Source of the DNA: Eledone cirrhosa
Taxonomy: Eukaryota
Reading direction: 5' to 3'
DNA length: 64,000 bases
NCBI GenBank assembly: GCA_964016885.1
Contig: OZ024762.1
Location: 6,882,001-6,946,000, forward strand
Under the pieces are notes generated by a model. That model saw only the letters and a program-made list of their open reading frames with translations, was not told the origin of the DNA and ran no database searches. How positions within the stretch are numbered: the first letter of the stretch is position 1; the number at the start of each line of letters is the position of its first letter. Shown one piece after another: positions 1 through 14,400 of this stretch. Made by a program: the position numbers and the translations under genes.

Positions 1-96
1 TATATATTATATATATATATATTATATATATATATTATATATATATATTATATATATATATATTATATATATATATTATATATATATATATATTAT

Positions 97-159
<63 letters not shown>

Positions 160-251
160 ATATTATATATATATATTATATATATATATTATATATATAT
201 ATATTATATATATATATTATATATATATATATATTATATATATATATATAT

Positions 252-285
<34 letters not shown>

Positions 286-325
286 ATATTATATATATAT
301 ATATTATATATATATATTATATATG
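1..325. repeat. (TA)n microsatellite, representative of dozens of TA/CA tracts (e.g. 13290-13720, 25830-26660, 39590-40400, 58430-58820, 60380-61070)
   Basis: Directly visible. Confidence 0.97.
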
Positions 326-896
326 GATAAATGAATCCACCCAACACTTATCAGAAACTTTTTCCAAACAAACACTTTCCACTTTCTTCCTTCCTCTTTC
401 CTACAACCCCACCTTACACCCCTTCACTCTCTACCTGCCCCACCCTTGGGGCTTCCCAACCTATTAAAGAGAGATAATGAGGGAGAAAACATGATAAGAT
501 GTGAGAGAAAGGGTCATAAGATCAGCTGATAAGATCAGCTGTGATTGCAGAAGGTTATCATGAAGTCAGTCATAAGAAGATCACACAACCAGTTAGGGTG
601 AAAAAACAAACAAACCAAAAAAGCAAACCATAAAAGAAAATAAAAAACAACATTATGCTGAAAGCAGTGAAACAATATATATGTATGTATATATATATAT
701 ATTATATAATTTTCAAAAATTTATACCTTGCTGAAGATTTTATAAATTATATATACATATATATAAGCAAAGAGATATTTAATTTGTTGGTTATTCAAAA
801 AATTTATTTATATCAGATTCGAAGCACTCTACAGATTTTCTGGAGTATAATATCAATGATATTAATAAATGGAAACTATATTTATAAAACCATATT

Positions 897-957
897 TATT
901 TTATTATATATATTTCAAGCGTCGCAAAATTTTGGTACGCTCTCATCAGATAAAATA
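897..957 (-). ncRNA. Type I minimal hammerhead ribozyme (family B)
   Basis: Minus strand reads TATTTTAT-CTGATGA-GAGCGT-(14 nt)-ACGCTT-GAAA-TATATATA-ATAAAATA. Helix I is a perfect 8 bp, helix II is 6 bp, helix III is palindromic (ATATATAT), and the cleavage triplet is AUA. Confidence 0.85.
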
Positions 958-1103
958 CAAAATTTGTTTTATAAAAGGTGGCTTTATTGAATAAAATTAT
1001 AAAAAGATGATTTATTTTTATGCTTATAGCATTTTTTCAATAATTAAGTAACTATTCATTATATATCTGTTTTCCTATAAACACAAATCTGTCCTCAAAT
1101 ACC

Positions 1104-1331
1104 TTAACCCTTTAGCATTCACATTATTTTATATATACTATCATATTTTCATGGTAAAGGCTTTACCTCTCATAATTATCTCACATAATATCGAATCTAT
1201 GAGATTTTAAAAGTATTTATTTTGAGAACAATACCTTAACATCAGTTTGAGCGACCAGTTCCAGCCAGTTTCAACAGAAAGAGGTAGAGAATTCTGGCCA
1301 GTTTGGGCCGGTTTGAACATTAAAGGGTTAA
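1104..1331. mobile_element. piggyBac-like MITE (TTAA target duplication, CCCTTT termini)
   Basis: Reads TTAA-CCCTTTAGCATTCA ... TGAACATTAAAGGG-TTAA. Related TTAACCCTTT/AAAGGGTTAA ends occur at about 2534, 2985-3160, 11150 and 57325. Confidence 0.65.
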
Positions 1332-1439
1332 ACACTCTGTGTATATATATCAATAATGACTTACTCTAAGGACTTGAATTTTCAAATTAAAGATCACCAG
1401 ATAATCAGAAGAAGGGAGGTAGGTGTAAAAACCAAACAC

Positions 1440-1845
1440 ACTGTATTCCTGCCAACCCTTACCGAGGGTCATGAATCTTGGGTAATGACCGAAAAAATCT
1501 AATTTCAAATACAAGCAGCTGAAATGGGGTTCCTCCGAAGGGTCTTTGGAGTAATGTTAATCAATAAAGTGCATAGATAAAAGAGTCACTCCAGGTAGAG
1601 CCGCTACTTCTCCAAATTGAGAGATCACAGCTCCGATACTATGGACATGTGGTTAGAATATATCGGGAAAGAATCAATGGACAGATTTTACGGGCAAAAC
1701 TAACCGGCAAGAGACCCAGAGGTAGACCCCAAGCAAGATGGTTAGATAGCATCCATGAGCTTGGCTGATCACGCTTGGGGATCCAGCTGGATCAGATGGA
1801 GACAGGTGCTTCTGACAGGACCTACTGGAAGGAGTGTTGATAACC
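1440..1845 (+). mobile_element. Decayed RTE-clade LINE 3' coding fragment (second copy at about 2670-2980)
   Basis: Frameshifted translation IQAAEMGFLRRV...LLLQIERSQLRYYGHVVR...GKRPRGRPQARW, typical of the RTE ORF C-terminus. Confidence 0.75.
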
Positions 1846-3609
1846 CACCTCAAAAATTGTAAACCTTGTGCCTAAATTAGACATGTTAGCTTTGCCTTCC
1901 GTCCTTAGGAGGTAGATTAAATAAAGTACCAGTAATGCACTGGGATCGATTTAATGACTTTCTCTTCCCCCAAAATTGTGGCCTTGTGCCTAAATCAGAC
2001 ATGGTTATCTTTGCCTTGTAACCTTACCGGATTGATAAAATAAAGTACGAGTAACACACAGGAGTTAATTTAATTGACTTTCCCCTACCCCAAAATTGTT
2101 GGTCTTGTGTCTCAATCAGAAACCATTATTATTTATTATATATATATATATATATATACACATATTATTTAATGAAACAAACTGTGACTTAATGGAAGAG
2201 GAGGTGGGTGGCATACATGGTAGATAGAGAGAAATCTAACTAATTTGTCGATGTGGTGTAACTAATTGTGTTTAATCAACAGTAAAATTGAAAATTTGGT
2301 GGGGAAATTTCCTATGTGATTGCCTTCGGAGATTTGTCTAAGTATTTTGTTGAAAGTGTGTCTAGCTGTATATCATTAAGGCTCTTTTAATTACCTTTCC
2401 AGCTCCTTTTGAAAGATTATCCCATACTTCCTGCCTTTGGGATGATGCTGTGATACATTAAGACTTTGGTAACATTCAGTTCTTTTATATCTGGCTTCAG
2501 GTAATGTTTAAGGCTTCAGACTAACAAGCTACTTAACCCTTTCCTTACCATATTCCTAATGAAATACACTGCTTATGTGTTGTAATTAATTTTGAAAATA
2601 ATTTTTTTTTTTTAAATTGCAACAATTTTGGAGTAATATTACTCTGTGAAGCTGAGAGATCAGAGAGTTGCTTCAAGTAGAGCCACTATTTATCCAAATT
2701 GAGAGATCACAGCTCTGGTATTATGGACATGCTGATAGAATGTTTCAGGAAAAAAAAATAAAAAAGGGCTGGACAAATTTTACGGGCAAAACTAACTGGC
2801 AGGAGACCCAGGGGTAGACCCCAAGCAAGATGATTGGATAACATCCATGAGTTTGGATGGCCCACTTGGAGTTCCAGCTGAATCAATGGGGGACAGTTGC
2901 TTCTGACAGGACCCACTGGAAGGAATACTTGAGGACTGTCCCAACAACCCTCCCAGGAATCAGTGTGAGAAGAAGAAGAAGAATTTAACCCTTTTGTACC
3001 ATGATAAAATGCACTCAGTACACTCTGGAAAGTTCTAATGTTGGTACCATTATAAAATGCTCCCAGTGCATTCTGTAATGTGGTAGTTTTGGTACCATGA
3101 TAACATGAACCCAGTACACTTTGTAAAGTGATAGTGTTGATATCAAAATAAAAGGTTAACTAGAGTGGGGCCCTTTGCTATAGCCCAATCAGCTCACACC
3201 CACATGACCCCCACCAACACACCCTTTAATCCAGCAGCAAGTTCATGTTTATATTTAGAGTCAGAGAAACAGGAAAGTAAACTGTTGAAAGTCTTCCAAG
3301 AACACAGAAGCCTATCTCCTTGAGATCCTTCATTTATCTATCCATGTATGTAGTGGCCAACGGTAACATTGTATTAGATATTTTATATCTCTCAAGCATG
3401 AAATTACAGCCAAGTAATTTGTATAGGAAACACTCTAAATGAACTGCATCATAACATCTAAACCATTCTTCCGTTGTCTAACCTTGCTCTAAGCATTCAA
3501 AACATTAATTATATCAATACTTGTAGACCTGTCACATTACATAGATTTTATAATATACATACATAAGCCATAACATAAGAATATTATTACACACACACAC
3601 ATATATATT

Positions 3610-3684
<75 letters not shown>

Positions 3685-4259
3685 GTCCTATACAAGCAAG
3701 ACAAAATTATTTTTTTAAAAGCATAAGAAATGCGTAATTGGTAAAAACTTAAAACTAAAACTTATTACTAATTTATACTTATTCCTAATTAAACTACTTC
3801 TCACTGGGAAAAATTTGTCAGCATTTTCTTTTCCTTATATAGATATATAAGTATATATAGATATATAAGTATATATATATATATAGATATATAATCATCA
3901 TCATTTATTTAAGTATATATATATATCATCATCATCACCATTTTACGTCCGTTCTTCCACGCTAACATGGGTTAGATGGGTTGTCCTGTTGTGGGCAGTG
4001 TCCAGTCGGCTGACCTTGTCTTGCTCATATGGGAACTGATTCTGGCTTGATTTCTACAGCTGGATGCCCTTCCTAACACCAACCTCATTTACAGTGAGTG
4101 CTGGGTGCGTTTTTTCCGTGGCATCTACACGTCCACTTTACAGTGCGGGCTGGGTGCTTTTTCGTCACAACACCTCCACGACCACTTTGCAGTGGGAGGG
4201 GCTGAGAGCATATTGTCTATATACTTCAGCTTCGGCTTGTACCCATGGGGGGGGGGGGA

Positions 4260-4660
4260 GTCTTCTGTATTACTGTGTGACGCCAGAGGTCATGGTCGTG
4301 TGTCATCGCCCTTGAGAGGTGCAATTGGGTGAGGTCGGCTTTTTTCACCCCATCCCAGGTCTTCTTGGGTCTCCCCACTCCGCGGCTTCCATCGACTTCT
4401 AGTGCCCTGCATCTTTTTATGCAGCTGACATCCTTTATACGCATCACATGTCCATACCAATGCAACCCTCTCTCCTGCACACAGCATTTCATTCCTCTTA
4501 TGCTCAGTCTCTCTCTCAATTCGTTAATGCTTTGCCGTTCGCGTATATTACACATCCATTGGAGCATGCAAGCTTCGTTTCTCTCTAATCTACACAAGTC
4601 TTCTACAGACAGCCCCCAGGTCTCACTACCATGTAACATTGCTGTTCATATACACGCATC

Positions 4661-4662
<2 letters not shown>
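4260..4662 (-). mobile_element. RTE-clade LINE 3' coding fragment
   Basis: Translation MLHGSETW...[10 protein letters not shown]...LHWYGHVMR...GRPKKTW. Confidence 0.85.
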
Positions 4663-4692
<30 letters not shown>

Positions 4693-6978
4693 ATGTATAT
4701 ATGTTTATGTATATGTATATATATATTTATGTATATATATGTATATGTGTTTATGAATATATGCTTATGTATATGTATATATATATATATATATGCATAT
4801 TATATATGTATGTATATATATATATATTTGTGTATATATATATATATATATATATATTCATTATAAGAGTATGGATTTTAAATGTGAAATAACCATAGTC
4901 AGTATGATCTTTTTCAGCTCCAAAGGACGTTATCTGAAATACAGCAATATACCACATAACATTGCTTCTGAAGTGTTTAGCTTCATTAGTATGGACTGTA
5001 AGTAGTATATGGATAAAAGCTGGGTAAATTAATTTCAAATAGTATCAATTTTTCTTTGTTCTGTAAAATCAAAGACTATAAAATGAATTCATAAAAGCTA
5101 ATGCAATAGTGTCAAACCTTCCTATAAATCAAAGGATCTCTAGTTAAAGCCGTTTCTAGACTTTTGAGGGACTTTACTCTCTCTCTCTCTTTGAATATCG
5201 AACACTTTAATTGTATCTCTCTCTGTATAACGGACTATCTCTCTCTTTCAGCCTCTCCCTCCGTGTCTCTCTCTTTAGATGTGTGTGTATATATTTGTAT
5301 GTGTGTGTGTGTGTGTATGCGTGCGTGCGTGTGTGTGTCTGTAGTTCCCGTGTGATTCACCCAACCAGCCAACCAACCAATAAACATCTTTCTTTTATAT
5401 TATATATATATAGCTTATTTTAAGATTCACTTCTTTAAAATTTTCAAATGCCTACACTTCTGGTTAACGTCCGTTACGTCCCTTTATGATCTGAGTTCAA
5501 ATCTCGCCGAGGTTAACTTTGCCTTTCATCCTTACGGGGGTCGATAAAATAAAGTACCAGTAATGTACCGGGTAATTGCTGGCCTTGTGCCAAAAGTAGA
5601 AACGATTATATCATAACACATATAGTCATACGCTATATTACATCGCTTATATAAACGTTCGTATATTTGCATCATAATGTTCTTATTTCTGTCGCTCATC
5701 TTCTCCTTTTTTTTGTTTTCATAACATTTCCCCGTAATGCAGTTTATATATAATATCATCTTTTTTAAATGTATCATGGATTACTTTACTGATTACAGAA
5801 GACAGTGTAACACAGACTTTGTTCAATTTCTGTGCATATTGTCAATTATGATTTCATTTGATACAGTCCTATGCGAGCAAGACAACCACTCTTGCCTCAA
5901 GTGGGAAAACTCCCGTCCAAACCCATGCAAGCGTGGAAGATGGACGTTAAACGATGATGATGATATATATTATATATATTATATGTATAATGAGATCGTG
6001 TAGGTGTCATGTCAAAAAAACACACAGTCCACGCTGTAATGTGGCCGTGTAGGCAACACGGTAAAAACCTCCCAGCCCCACACTGTAAATGTGGTTGGTG
6101 TTAGGAAGGGCATCCAGCCGTAGAAAACCCGCAAGACAGTCCTATGTGAGCAAGATAATCACTCTTGCCTCAAGTGGGAAAACCCCCGTCCAAACCCATG
6201 CAAGCGTGGAACACGGACGTTAAACGTTGATGATGATGATGATGATGTATCATATCTACATGCATGCATATTTGTGTGTAATGTCAATATGCACACTGCA
6301 CATGCTAACAGAAAACTACCTGAAAGGTGGTTTTTCTGCTAGTAATAATAATAATAAATAGTCAAAGACCACTAAGAAGAAAAATGCCTTCTAATAGATG
6401 TATCTATCCCCACAGACGACAATATATCTTCCTAGGAAATAGAGAATCTCTCCAAATAAAGATTTAAAGAGGACTAAGAGAAGTGTGCTGGCACACATAA
6501 GTGACATTTGTGCTGTTTGTTTCATCACACATCATACCAGCAGAAGGATTTATTTTTCTGTTGCACAATCCAGCACTTTAAAATGCTACTCTCAATTAAA
6601 TCATGTGAAACCATGTTGATGGTTTGAGAGCTGATGAGTGTGAAGATATGCGCGTGTGTAAACTTATCTTGTACATCGCCTTTCTTTATTTATTTCTTCC
6701 AGTCACATCTGTATGCCAATGCACTTCTCCGCCTCCTCTTTCAATCTTTTCTATATTTTATCTGCCTGTCACCACCCACCATACGGATTAGCTCTCTATT
6801 GACCACTGGCCGTTGGTCTCCGAGGCATTTTTGCCCATTGCTGTCTTTGACAGCATTTAATTGTTTTAATGGATATTCTAGCGATGAGTTTTCTCATCTT
6901 AATATGTATTTAAATACACAATCGCTTCGTCTCGATCAGAGACATCATTGTTTTATTTATATATATATATATATATAT

Positions 6979-7197
6979 AACGAAGGAAATGTGGTAAGGA
7001 ACCAGGTGGACCATAATGCACCAAAGTACTTAATACTTAGGGTAGTAGAGTGGGTAATAGGAACGAGTAGGACCCCGACGGCTGAGCTCAAGCCGTTTTG
7101 ACGGCTAATTCTGGACTAAAATTTTAGTCCAGATTTTAGTCCAGAATCAGCCATCGAAACGGCTTGAGCTCAGCCGTCGGGGTCCTACTCGTTCCTA
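6979..7197. mobile_element. Family A fold-back element in (TA)n (putative Penelope-like terminal repeat relic)
   Basis: An element of about 200 bp (AACGAAGGAAATGTGGTAAGGAACC...GACCCCGAC.GCTGAGCTCAAGCCGTTT) followed by an inverted copy of its end. It is flanked by TA repeats and has about 10 copies in the window. Confidence 0.75.
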
Positions 7198-7274
<77 letters not shown>

Positions 7275-8114
7275 AAGCTATTAAATGCAGTTGATGATAG
7301 GAGGGATATCCAGCTGTTAAAAGAACAGCCAAAATACGGTTCCATCTGAGCAAGGTACAGCACGGCCAACTGACCAGAGTTGTCTCATAATGTAGACAAC
7401 TCATCTAACTCAAGTGTGTAAAAATAGACGTTAAATGATGATGATGATAATATATATATATATTTATAATTAGCTGTGAGAATTTTATAGACTGTAAAAC
7501 GATTTTATTAATTTCCTTAAAATGAAAGATAATTAATTTCCAGGTGAAGATATTAAATTAAAAAAATACTGGATAATGAAAAGTATCTAATTACAGCACA
7601 TATATATACATATATATACACACACGTTTGTATACATACACACACATATATATACTCACACTTACATGTGTGTATAATATATACACACACATATATATAG
7701 ATATACTTTGCACAGATAGAAGCAGACATCCTCTCATTTGGTTTTAAGCCACCACTCCCCTTCCCATCTACTATTTATTATTTTATTTTGTGGGTTTTAT
7801 TTTATTAATTTTATTCATTTTTCATAAACTATATCATACCTTCTGGTACCAATTAAAAAAGTTCTAAGGTTTTAATATTTATATCTATATCTGTATCTAT
7901 ATATATCTAACTCTCTACATCCGGTAATGTTTAGTAGAAATTACTTACAAACAGGTTTATAAGTTCAAATGTTTATGTTGTCTTTACTAGTAGACAGATT
8001 GTTGTGAAAATTTACAGTATTAGTGTAAAAAGTTAAATTTTTAATGTGATGCAGCAATGGTACAGAATGTCCTGTTAATGTGGTTTTGTGAGGTACAGAT
8101 CATAAATATATATA

Positions 8115-8270
8115 TGCCTCACCATTTTGTTTGTTTACCCTCGCGTCCCCTTTATTTACGTGTCCCAACGACTTTTTTTAGCCGTTGCTCGCACCAACCA
8201 GAGGTATATGGTCTTTAAAGCGATGAAATGCCTATGATAGTTGGAAGATCACTGATGAAGGACAAACTTT
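8115..8270 (+). mobile_element. Family E element ending in an HHR 5' half (CTGATGAAGGAC); reverse-complement copy at 49507-49702
   Basis: High identity by eye between 8115-8270 and the reverse complement of 49507-49665. Both lie in TA tracts and both break just after CTGATGAAGGAC. Confidence 0.65.
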
Positions 8271-8311
8271 TTTCATATGTAACCCATTTGCAACTCCGCA
8301 GCGCCCTTATT

Positions 8312-8365
<54 letters not shown>

Positions 8366-9396
8366 ATATTAATAAATGGAAACTATATTTATAAAACCAT
8401 AATTATTTTATATATCATCATCATCATTCTTCGACTACTGTCGAGATGATGGATCTCACTCTCATGCCCCAGAATTCCCTGTCCCCCATCGCTGCCCCCA
8501 GGTCCTGTCTACTGATTCCCGTATCCCTAGAGATCATTATGATCAGAAACAGGACCCGGGAAAGCAGGGGCTGGACCTATATCAACAGGTACTGTAACAT
8601 TCTAGAATAGAACATAGAGATAAAAATTATATCCACACACAGAAAAGACGCCATGCTCCAATAGATTACAGAAGCGACAAACATAAACAAACTCCAAACA
8701 AAACTAAACAGAAAACATGAGTTGAATAGCAACAACATCACAACTAGTAAGTAAGGACAAGATAAAGACACTCAGAGACACACAATAACCAAACTAATAA
8801 AACAAACCAGGCACACACAGATAGAACAAGCAACCAACTAGTGATAAGTAAATAAACATACTAATAAAAACACACACACTAGTGTGTGTAGCATGGAATG
8901 GAAGATGGACGTTAAACGAAGATGATGATAATGATGATGATGATGACACTCTCGGATATAACACATGTGCAACCCAAGTACACAGCTCACAAAAACAAGA
9001 TGGTGTAGGACAGAACAAAGGAGGGACGCAAAATAACAAATTAGTCACTGAGGAGGTCACATAATGTGTGACGAAAGAACTTTGACAATAAACAAATGAA
9101 CAACCATCCGGTTATTAAACTGACTGGAAGTTTATAATAAATTGAAATGAAAACCAAGAGGTGCGTGCGTTTTTATTGGCAGCATGATCCTCCCGAAGTC
9201 TAACAATATCTGTTTCAACATGTTTTTCAGATAAGAAATCTTGTAAAACTAATACAAAATGAAGGCAGCTAACAGAAGCAGGCTCTGATGGAGAGGGGCT
9301 GTCCAACCCCTGAAAACATGAAACAGTGGATGTTACATGGTGATTATAGTGATGATGACGATGATGGACATAAGATGATGATGAAAGTGGACGTAA

Positions 9397-9450
<54 letters not shown>

Positions 9451-9584
9451 GGTGATGATGATGAAAGTGGACGTAAGATGATAATGATGATAATGATGAT
9501 AATGATGATGGTGATGATGGTGATGGTGATGGTGATGGTGATGATGATGATGGTGAAAGTGGACGTAAGATGATAATGATGATA

Positions 9585-9623
<39 letters not shown>

Positions 9624-12169
9624 GTGGTGGTGATGATGGTGATGGTGATGATGATGATGATGGTGATGGTGGTGATGATGATGATGGCGATGACGACGAA
9701 AGTGGACGGTAAGATGATGACAATAGTGATGATGATGATGGTGGTGTTAATATAATGATGATGATGATGATGATGATAGTGTCGATGATGAAAGTGGACG
9801 CAAGCTGATGACGGTGGTGGTATAGGTGATGATGGTGATGGTAATAATGATGGTGATGATGACGACCCAAGTAATTACTGGTGATGACAAGAGACCCCTA
9901 AATCTGTAAAACTGCAAAAAAGGAAGGAAACATTACCAGAATGTTCTGAGGAAATCCAGGTGTTTTTTTGGTTTTGTTTCTTGTTTTTGTTTCAAAGTTT
10001 CCAAGAACACAACACAACAGCAATGTCCACACATTCTTTAAATTAGTGTTCATAAGTCCCCCCAAATATAGGTGTAGGGTGCAGGGAAGTACCCCTTTCA
10101 CCGACCTACCCCACAACACACACACCTAAACATTACAGTTGGTTTTCAAAACTGTGTGGATTATTTAACGAGCAGAAAGAATGTTGACAACAACCGTTTT
10201 TCAAAGTATAATTGGGATTAAAGATGATTGGGTTTTGTGTGAGGTATTTGGGGTGGGGAGGGGTAAGGGTAGGTGTGTGGGGGGATGATGATGAAGGATT
10301 TAGGGGCCTTGACTCTCCACTTTAACAAGACAGAGGTGTAAACATATTTCTATAACGGGGCTAAGTTGTTTCAGGGGAGTGGGGGGGGGGGGTTATGGAG
10401 AGGGGGGGTCGGTTTCTTAGTCAAGTTATTAAATGTGGAATGATGGGGGTCTGAGGAGGGAGGACAGGAGAGTCAAACAAAAAATAACAGGCAGATGATA
10501 GTGGTAGTGGGGCGGTGGGGGTATTGGGAGCAGAGGGAGATGATGAAGGATTTTTGAGACCGCTGAATTCACTTTAACAAGACAGAGGTGTAAACATATT
10601 TTTATAACAGGGTTAAGTTGTTTGAGAGGTTTAGTGGAGGGGATATTTCGGCTTCTTAGTAAAGGTATTAGTGTGGAATGATGTAAAATAAGTAGGTCCA
10701 GCAACAACAACAAAACAAATGTTGTTTCTGGGAGGAAGGAAGAATAGAGGATTTTTTTAGTCTCCTCCCCTCCACAAAAAAATGAGATGATAAGTGGTGG
10801 CATGTTAACAATAAATATCTCAGGTTGAAAAGAGAACATAATGATATGAATTTAAATATAAATGACCCCTAATTAGCCACTGTTGAGTCTCATTAGGATA
10901 TCATTGGGTCGTTAAAGTGTTTTTGGACCCTTTTGATACCAAACTGCCAGAAACCACTCCTGGTTCTAAAATAGGAAACTTTACTTTAAAGTGCTTATGG
11001 TTTATCTAAAAAACAACTTCCATCATAATTCTACATAAGAACCTTTGTTAAGTTATGTTCCAAACACCTACTAAATCTCTAAAAATTGTTGATTATATTG
11101 TAAATGATTTGAAAATTATAAGAAGTTTTCATAAGAAATATGATAATGAAAGGGTTAAATATCAATGTAAATACAGAAGGTAGATAGCTAACAATTGTAA
11201 TGTCATGGGTTTGGTTCTTGAATGGGACAGTGCATTGGGTTCTTGAGCAAGATACTTCATTGCTGCTTTTCATGATAGGATTGAGCTCCAATCATTAAAA
11301 CACCCAAGAAACCTCCTACGAGATATAACCTTGTAGAAAGCCAGCTAAACCTTCATAGATGTGAGCTATAACAATATGATAGGACTAGGACCCCTATCAT
11401 TAAAATACCCGAGAAACCTCCTATGAGATACAACCTTGTAGAAAGCCAGTTAAACCTACATAGGTGTGAGCTGTAACTTGCATTTTTCTTTTTCAATGAA
11501 AATATAGGAAGCATGTATCTTAGGAGTTAGGTCGTTTGGCTTACAATCGTAATGCAACGGGTTTGATTTCTGGGCTGGGTGGCATGGTGCGTTTTTTAGC
11601 AAAACACTTCATTTCATGATTCAAGAGATGCGTCGCAGTAACAGGTGGGAGTTGAAAATGATTGTAGGCCAACGAAAAACTGGATACTAACAACCTGTAA
11701 TGATTTAACTGAAAAATATCTAAAATGTGGTTTGTTAATTCAAATGTTTATAGTATCTTTATTGGTTGACAGATCATTGTGAAAATTTACAGTAAATTAA
11801 AAGACCTTAATTTTTAATGTGATGTAGTCATAGAGCTGTTATATACTTTTCAAGAATATATTGCTGAGGTGATACATACTTGTTAATTAAAATGTTTGTA
11901 GTATCTTTACTGTGGACAGACACAAATCTATGTATATATATATGTGTGTGTGGATGACACAACAGTTCATACTTTAAGGTGGTCGTGTAGGAGACACAGT
12001 AAAAAGGCTCGCAGTCCACACTGTAAATGTGGTTGGTGTAGAAAAACCCTTCCAGAGACACTCCCATACGAGTAAGACATGGTCTCCCAACGCTTCCCAC
12101 ATTAAATGGAACAAAATCGTCTAACCCATGCTAGCGTGGAAGATGGACGTTAAACGATGATGATGAATA

Positions 12170-12220
<51 letters not shown>

Positions 12221-13623
12221 CACAGGCTGAAGCTGAAGTATATATACAGTATGCACCACCCCACCCTTCCATAGATCTCCCAGGAGGACAAGCTGAAGCA
12301 TACATCTAGTGAAGCCTCTAACCCACACTGTAAAGTGGTTGTGATAACGGCACGACAAAAAGTGCCCTGCCCACACTGTAAAATGGTCATGATGGCAACA
12401 CAAGAAAAAACGCCCAGTCCACACTGTAGAGTGGCTGTGTAGATGTCACGACAAAAAGCACCCGTGGTTATGTAGGTGTCACAATAAAAAGCACCCAACC
12501 CACACTGTAAAGTGGTTATGTAGGTGTCACAATAAAAAGCACCCAACCCACACTGTAAAGTGGTTATGTAGGTGTCACAATAAAAAGCACCCAGTACTCA
12601 CTGTAAATGAGGTTTGGTGTTAGGAAGGGCATCCAGCTATTGAAACCAAGCTAAAATCAGTTCTGTATGAGCAAGACATGGTCACCTGACCTGGCATTTC
12701 TCATAACTGGACAATACGTCTAACCCATGCTAGTGTAGAAAAATGGTCGTATGATGATGATGGACAAGTGTTTCAATTCTGAAACACTTGTCTTCAGATC
12801 TGACGAATGTCCTTAAAGTTGTTTGATGAACGAATCAGGTTGCTCTTGAAATTGACATGCCCGTAGCTAAACATTCCACTGACACATGAAACCTTAATGC
12901 AATTCTCAGGGAGAGTCGGCATGTGACAAAGCTGGCCATTTAAGTCACAAGTACAACTCAATTTTTTCAGCTGAGTAGACCAAAGCAACATGTAATGGTG
13001 TCTTGCTCAAGGACAGAATATGCGGTAAGGATTCAAACTCATAACCTTACGATTGTGAGTGAAACACACTAACCACTAAGCGATGTACCTTCACACACAG
13101 AGTTTCAGGTTAACAGTACATGTTTTTGATTGTATTCAAAGATTGGTTATTTAAGAGAATTGATTAAACAATTTATTTTACACATGGATGACTTTCAAAG
13201 CTGTCAATTCACCCAACCATGAAATCTGAGCAATGATTATACTTCATTCAGCTTCACTAATCCCTAAATTAATTTAATGAAGAATATATACACACATGTA
13301 TGTGTAAATATATATGTATGTATGTATATATATTGTGTGTGTGTGAAAATATATGTGTATATATATGTATATATAAATATATGTGTGTGTGTGTATATAT
13401 ATGTGTGTGTGTATATATATATGTGTATATATATATGTGTGTGTGTATATATATGTGTGTGTGTGAAAATATATGTATGTGTATATATATATGTGTGTGT
13501 ATATATATATGTGTGTGTATATATATATGTGTATATATATGTGTATATATATATGTGTGTGTATATATATGTGTGTATATATATATATATATGTGTGTGT
13601 ATATATATATGTGTGTATATAGA

Positions 13624-13700
<77 letters not shown>

Positions 13701-13719
13701 ATATATACATATATATATA

Positions 13720-14400
13720 TGTTCTGAGGCCATAGTATCTAGAATAAGGACAGGTTGGAAGAAGTTTAGGGAGTTGTTTCCTCTGCTAACGAAGAAGGGT
13801 TTCTCCCTGCATACGAAAGGCCGGTTATATGATGCCTGTGTGAGGAGCGTGATGCTGCATGGTAGTGAGACATGGGCAGCAACTGCAGAGGATATGCGAC
13901 GGGTGGAGAGAAATGAGGCAAGCATGCTCCGTTGGATGTGCAATGTCAATGTGCGTGAACGACCCAACATAAATGTGTTGAGAGAGAAACTGTGTCTGAG
14001 AGGGATAGAATGTAGTGTACGGGAGAGGAGACTGCGATGGTATGGACATGTGATCCACATGGAGGATGACTGGTGGGTGAAGAAATGCCAGGAAATGCCA
14101 GTTGAAGGAAGACGTGGTAGAGGTAGACCACGAAAAACATGGGCGGAGGTGGTGAGAACTGACCTCAGATTGCTGAAGCTCACGGTGGAGATGATGAAGG
14201 ACTGTGACAAGTGGAGAGATGCTGTGCTGAAAAAGACCCGTCCCACCCTTGCAAGCAGGGAAAAGCAGACGTTGATAGCTTCCGGTACCTAGGTGATCAG
14301 ATTAGCATGGGGGGGGGGGGGGAGTTGTCAGAGGCCATAGTATCTAGAATAAGGACTGGCTGGAAGAAGTTTAGGGAGCTGCTTCCTCTGTTCACAAAGA
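13720..14400 (+). mobile_element. RTE-clade LINE 3' fragment with intact C-terminal frame and tail, plus a short internal duplication
   Basis: Translation [13 protein letters not shown]...[20 protein letters not shown]...LRWYGHV...GRGRPRKTW. The [18 protein letters not shown] segment is repeated at about 14328-14400. Confidence 0.9.

Noticed and set aside
9115-9309. Candidate GOPC exon 2 after a TTTCAG acceptor on the minus strand (GLDSPSP...TDIVRLREDH)
   Set aside because: No recognisable similarity to the GOPC coiled-coil and no good donor before the stop. It cannot be excluded without transcripts.
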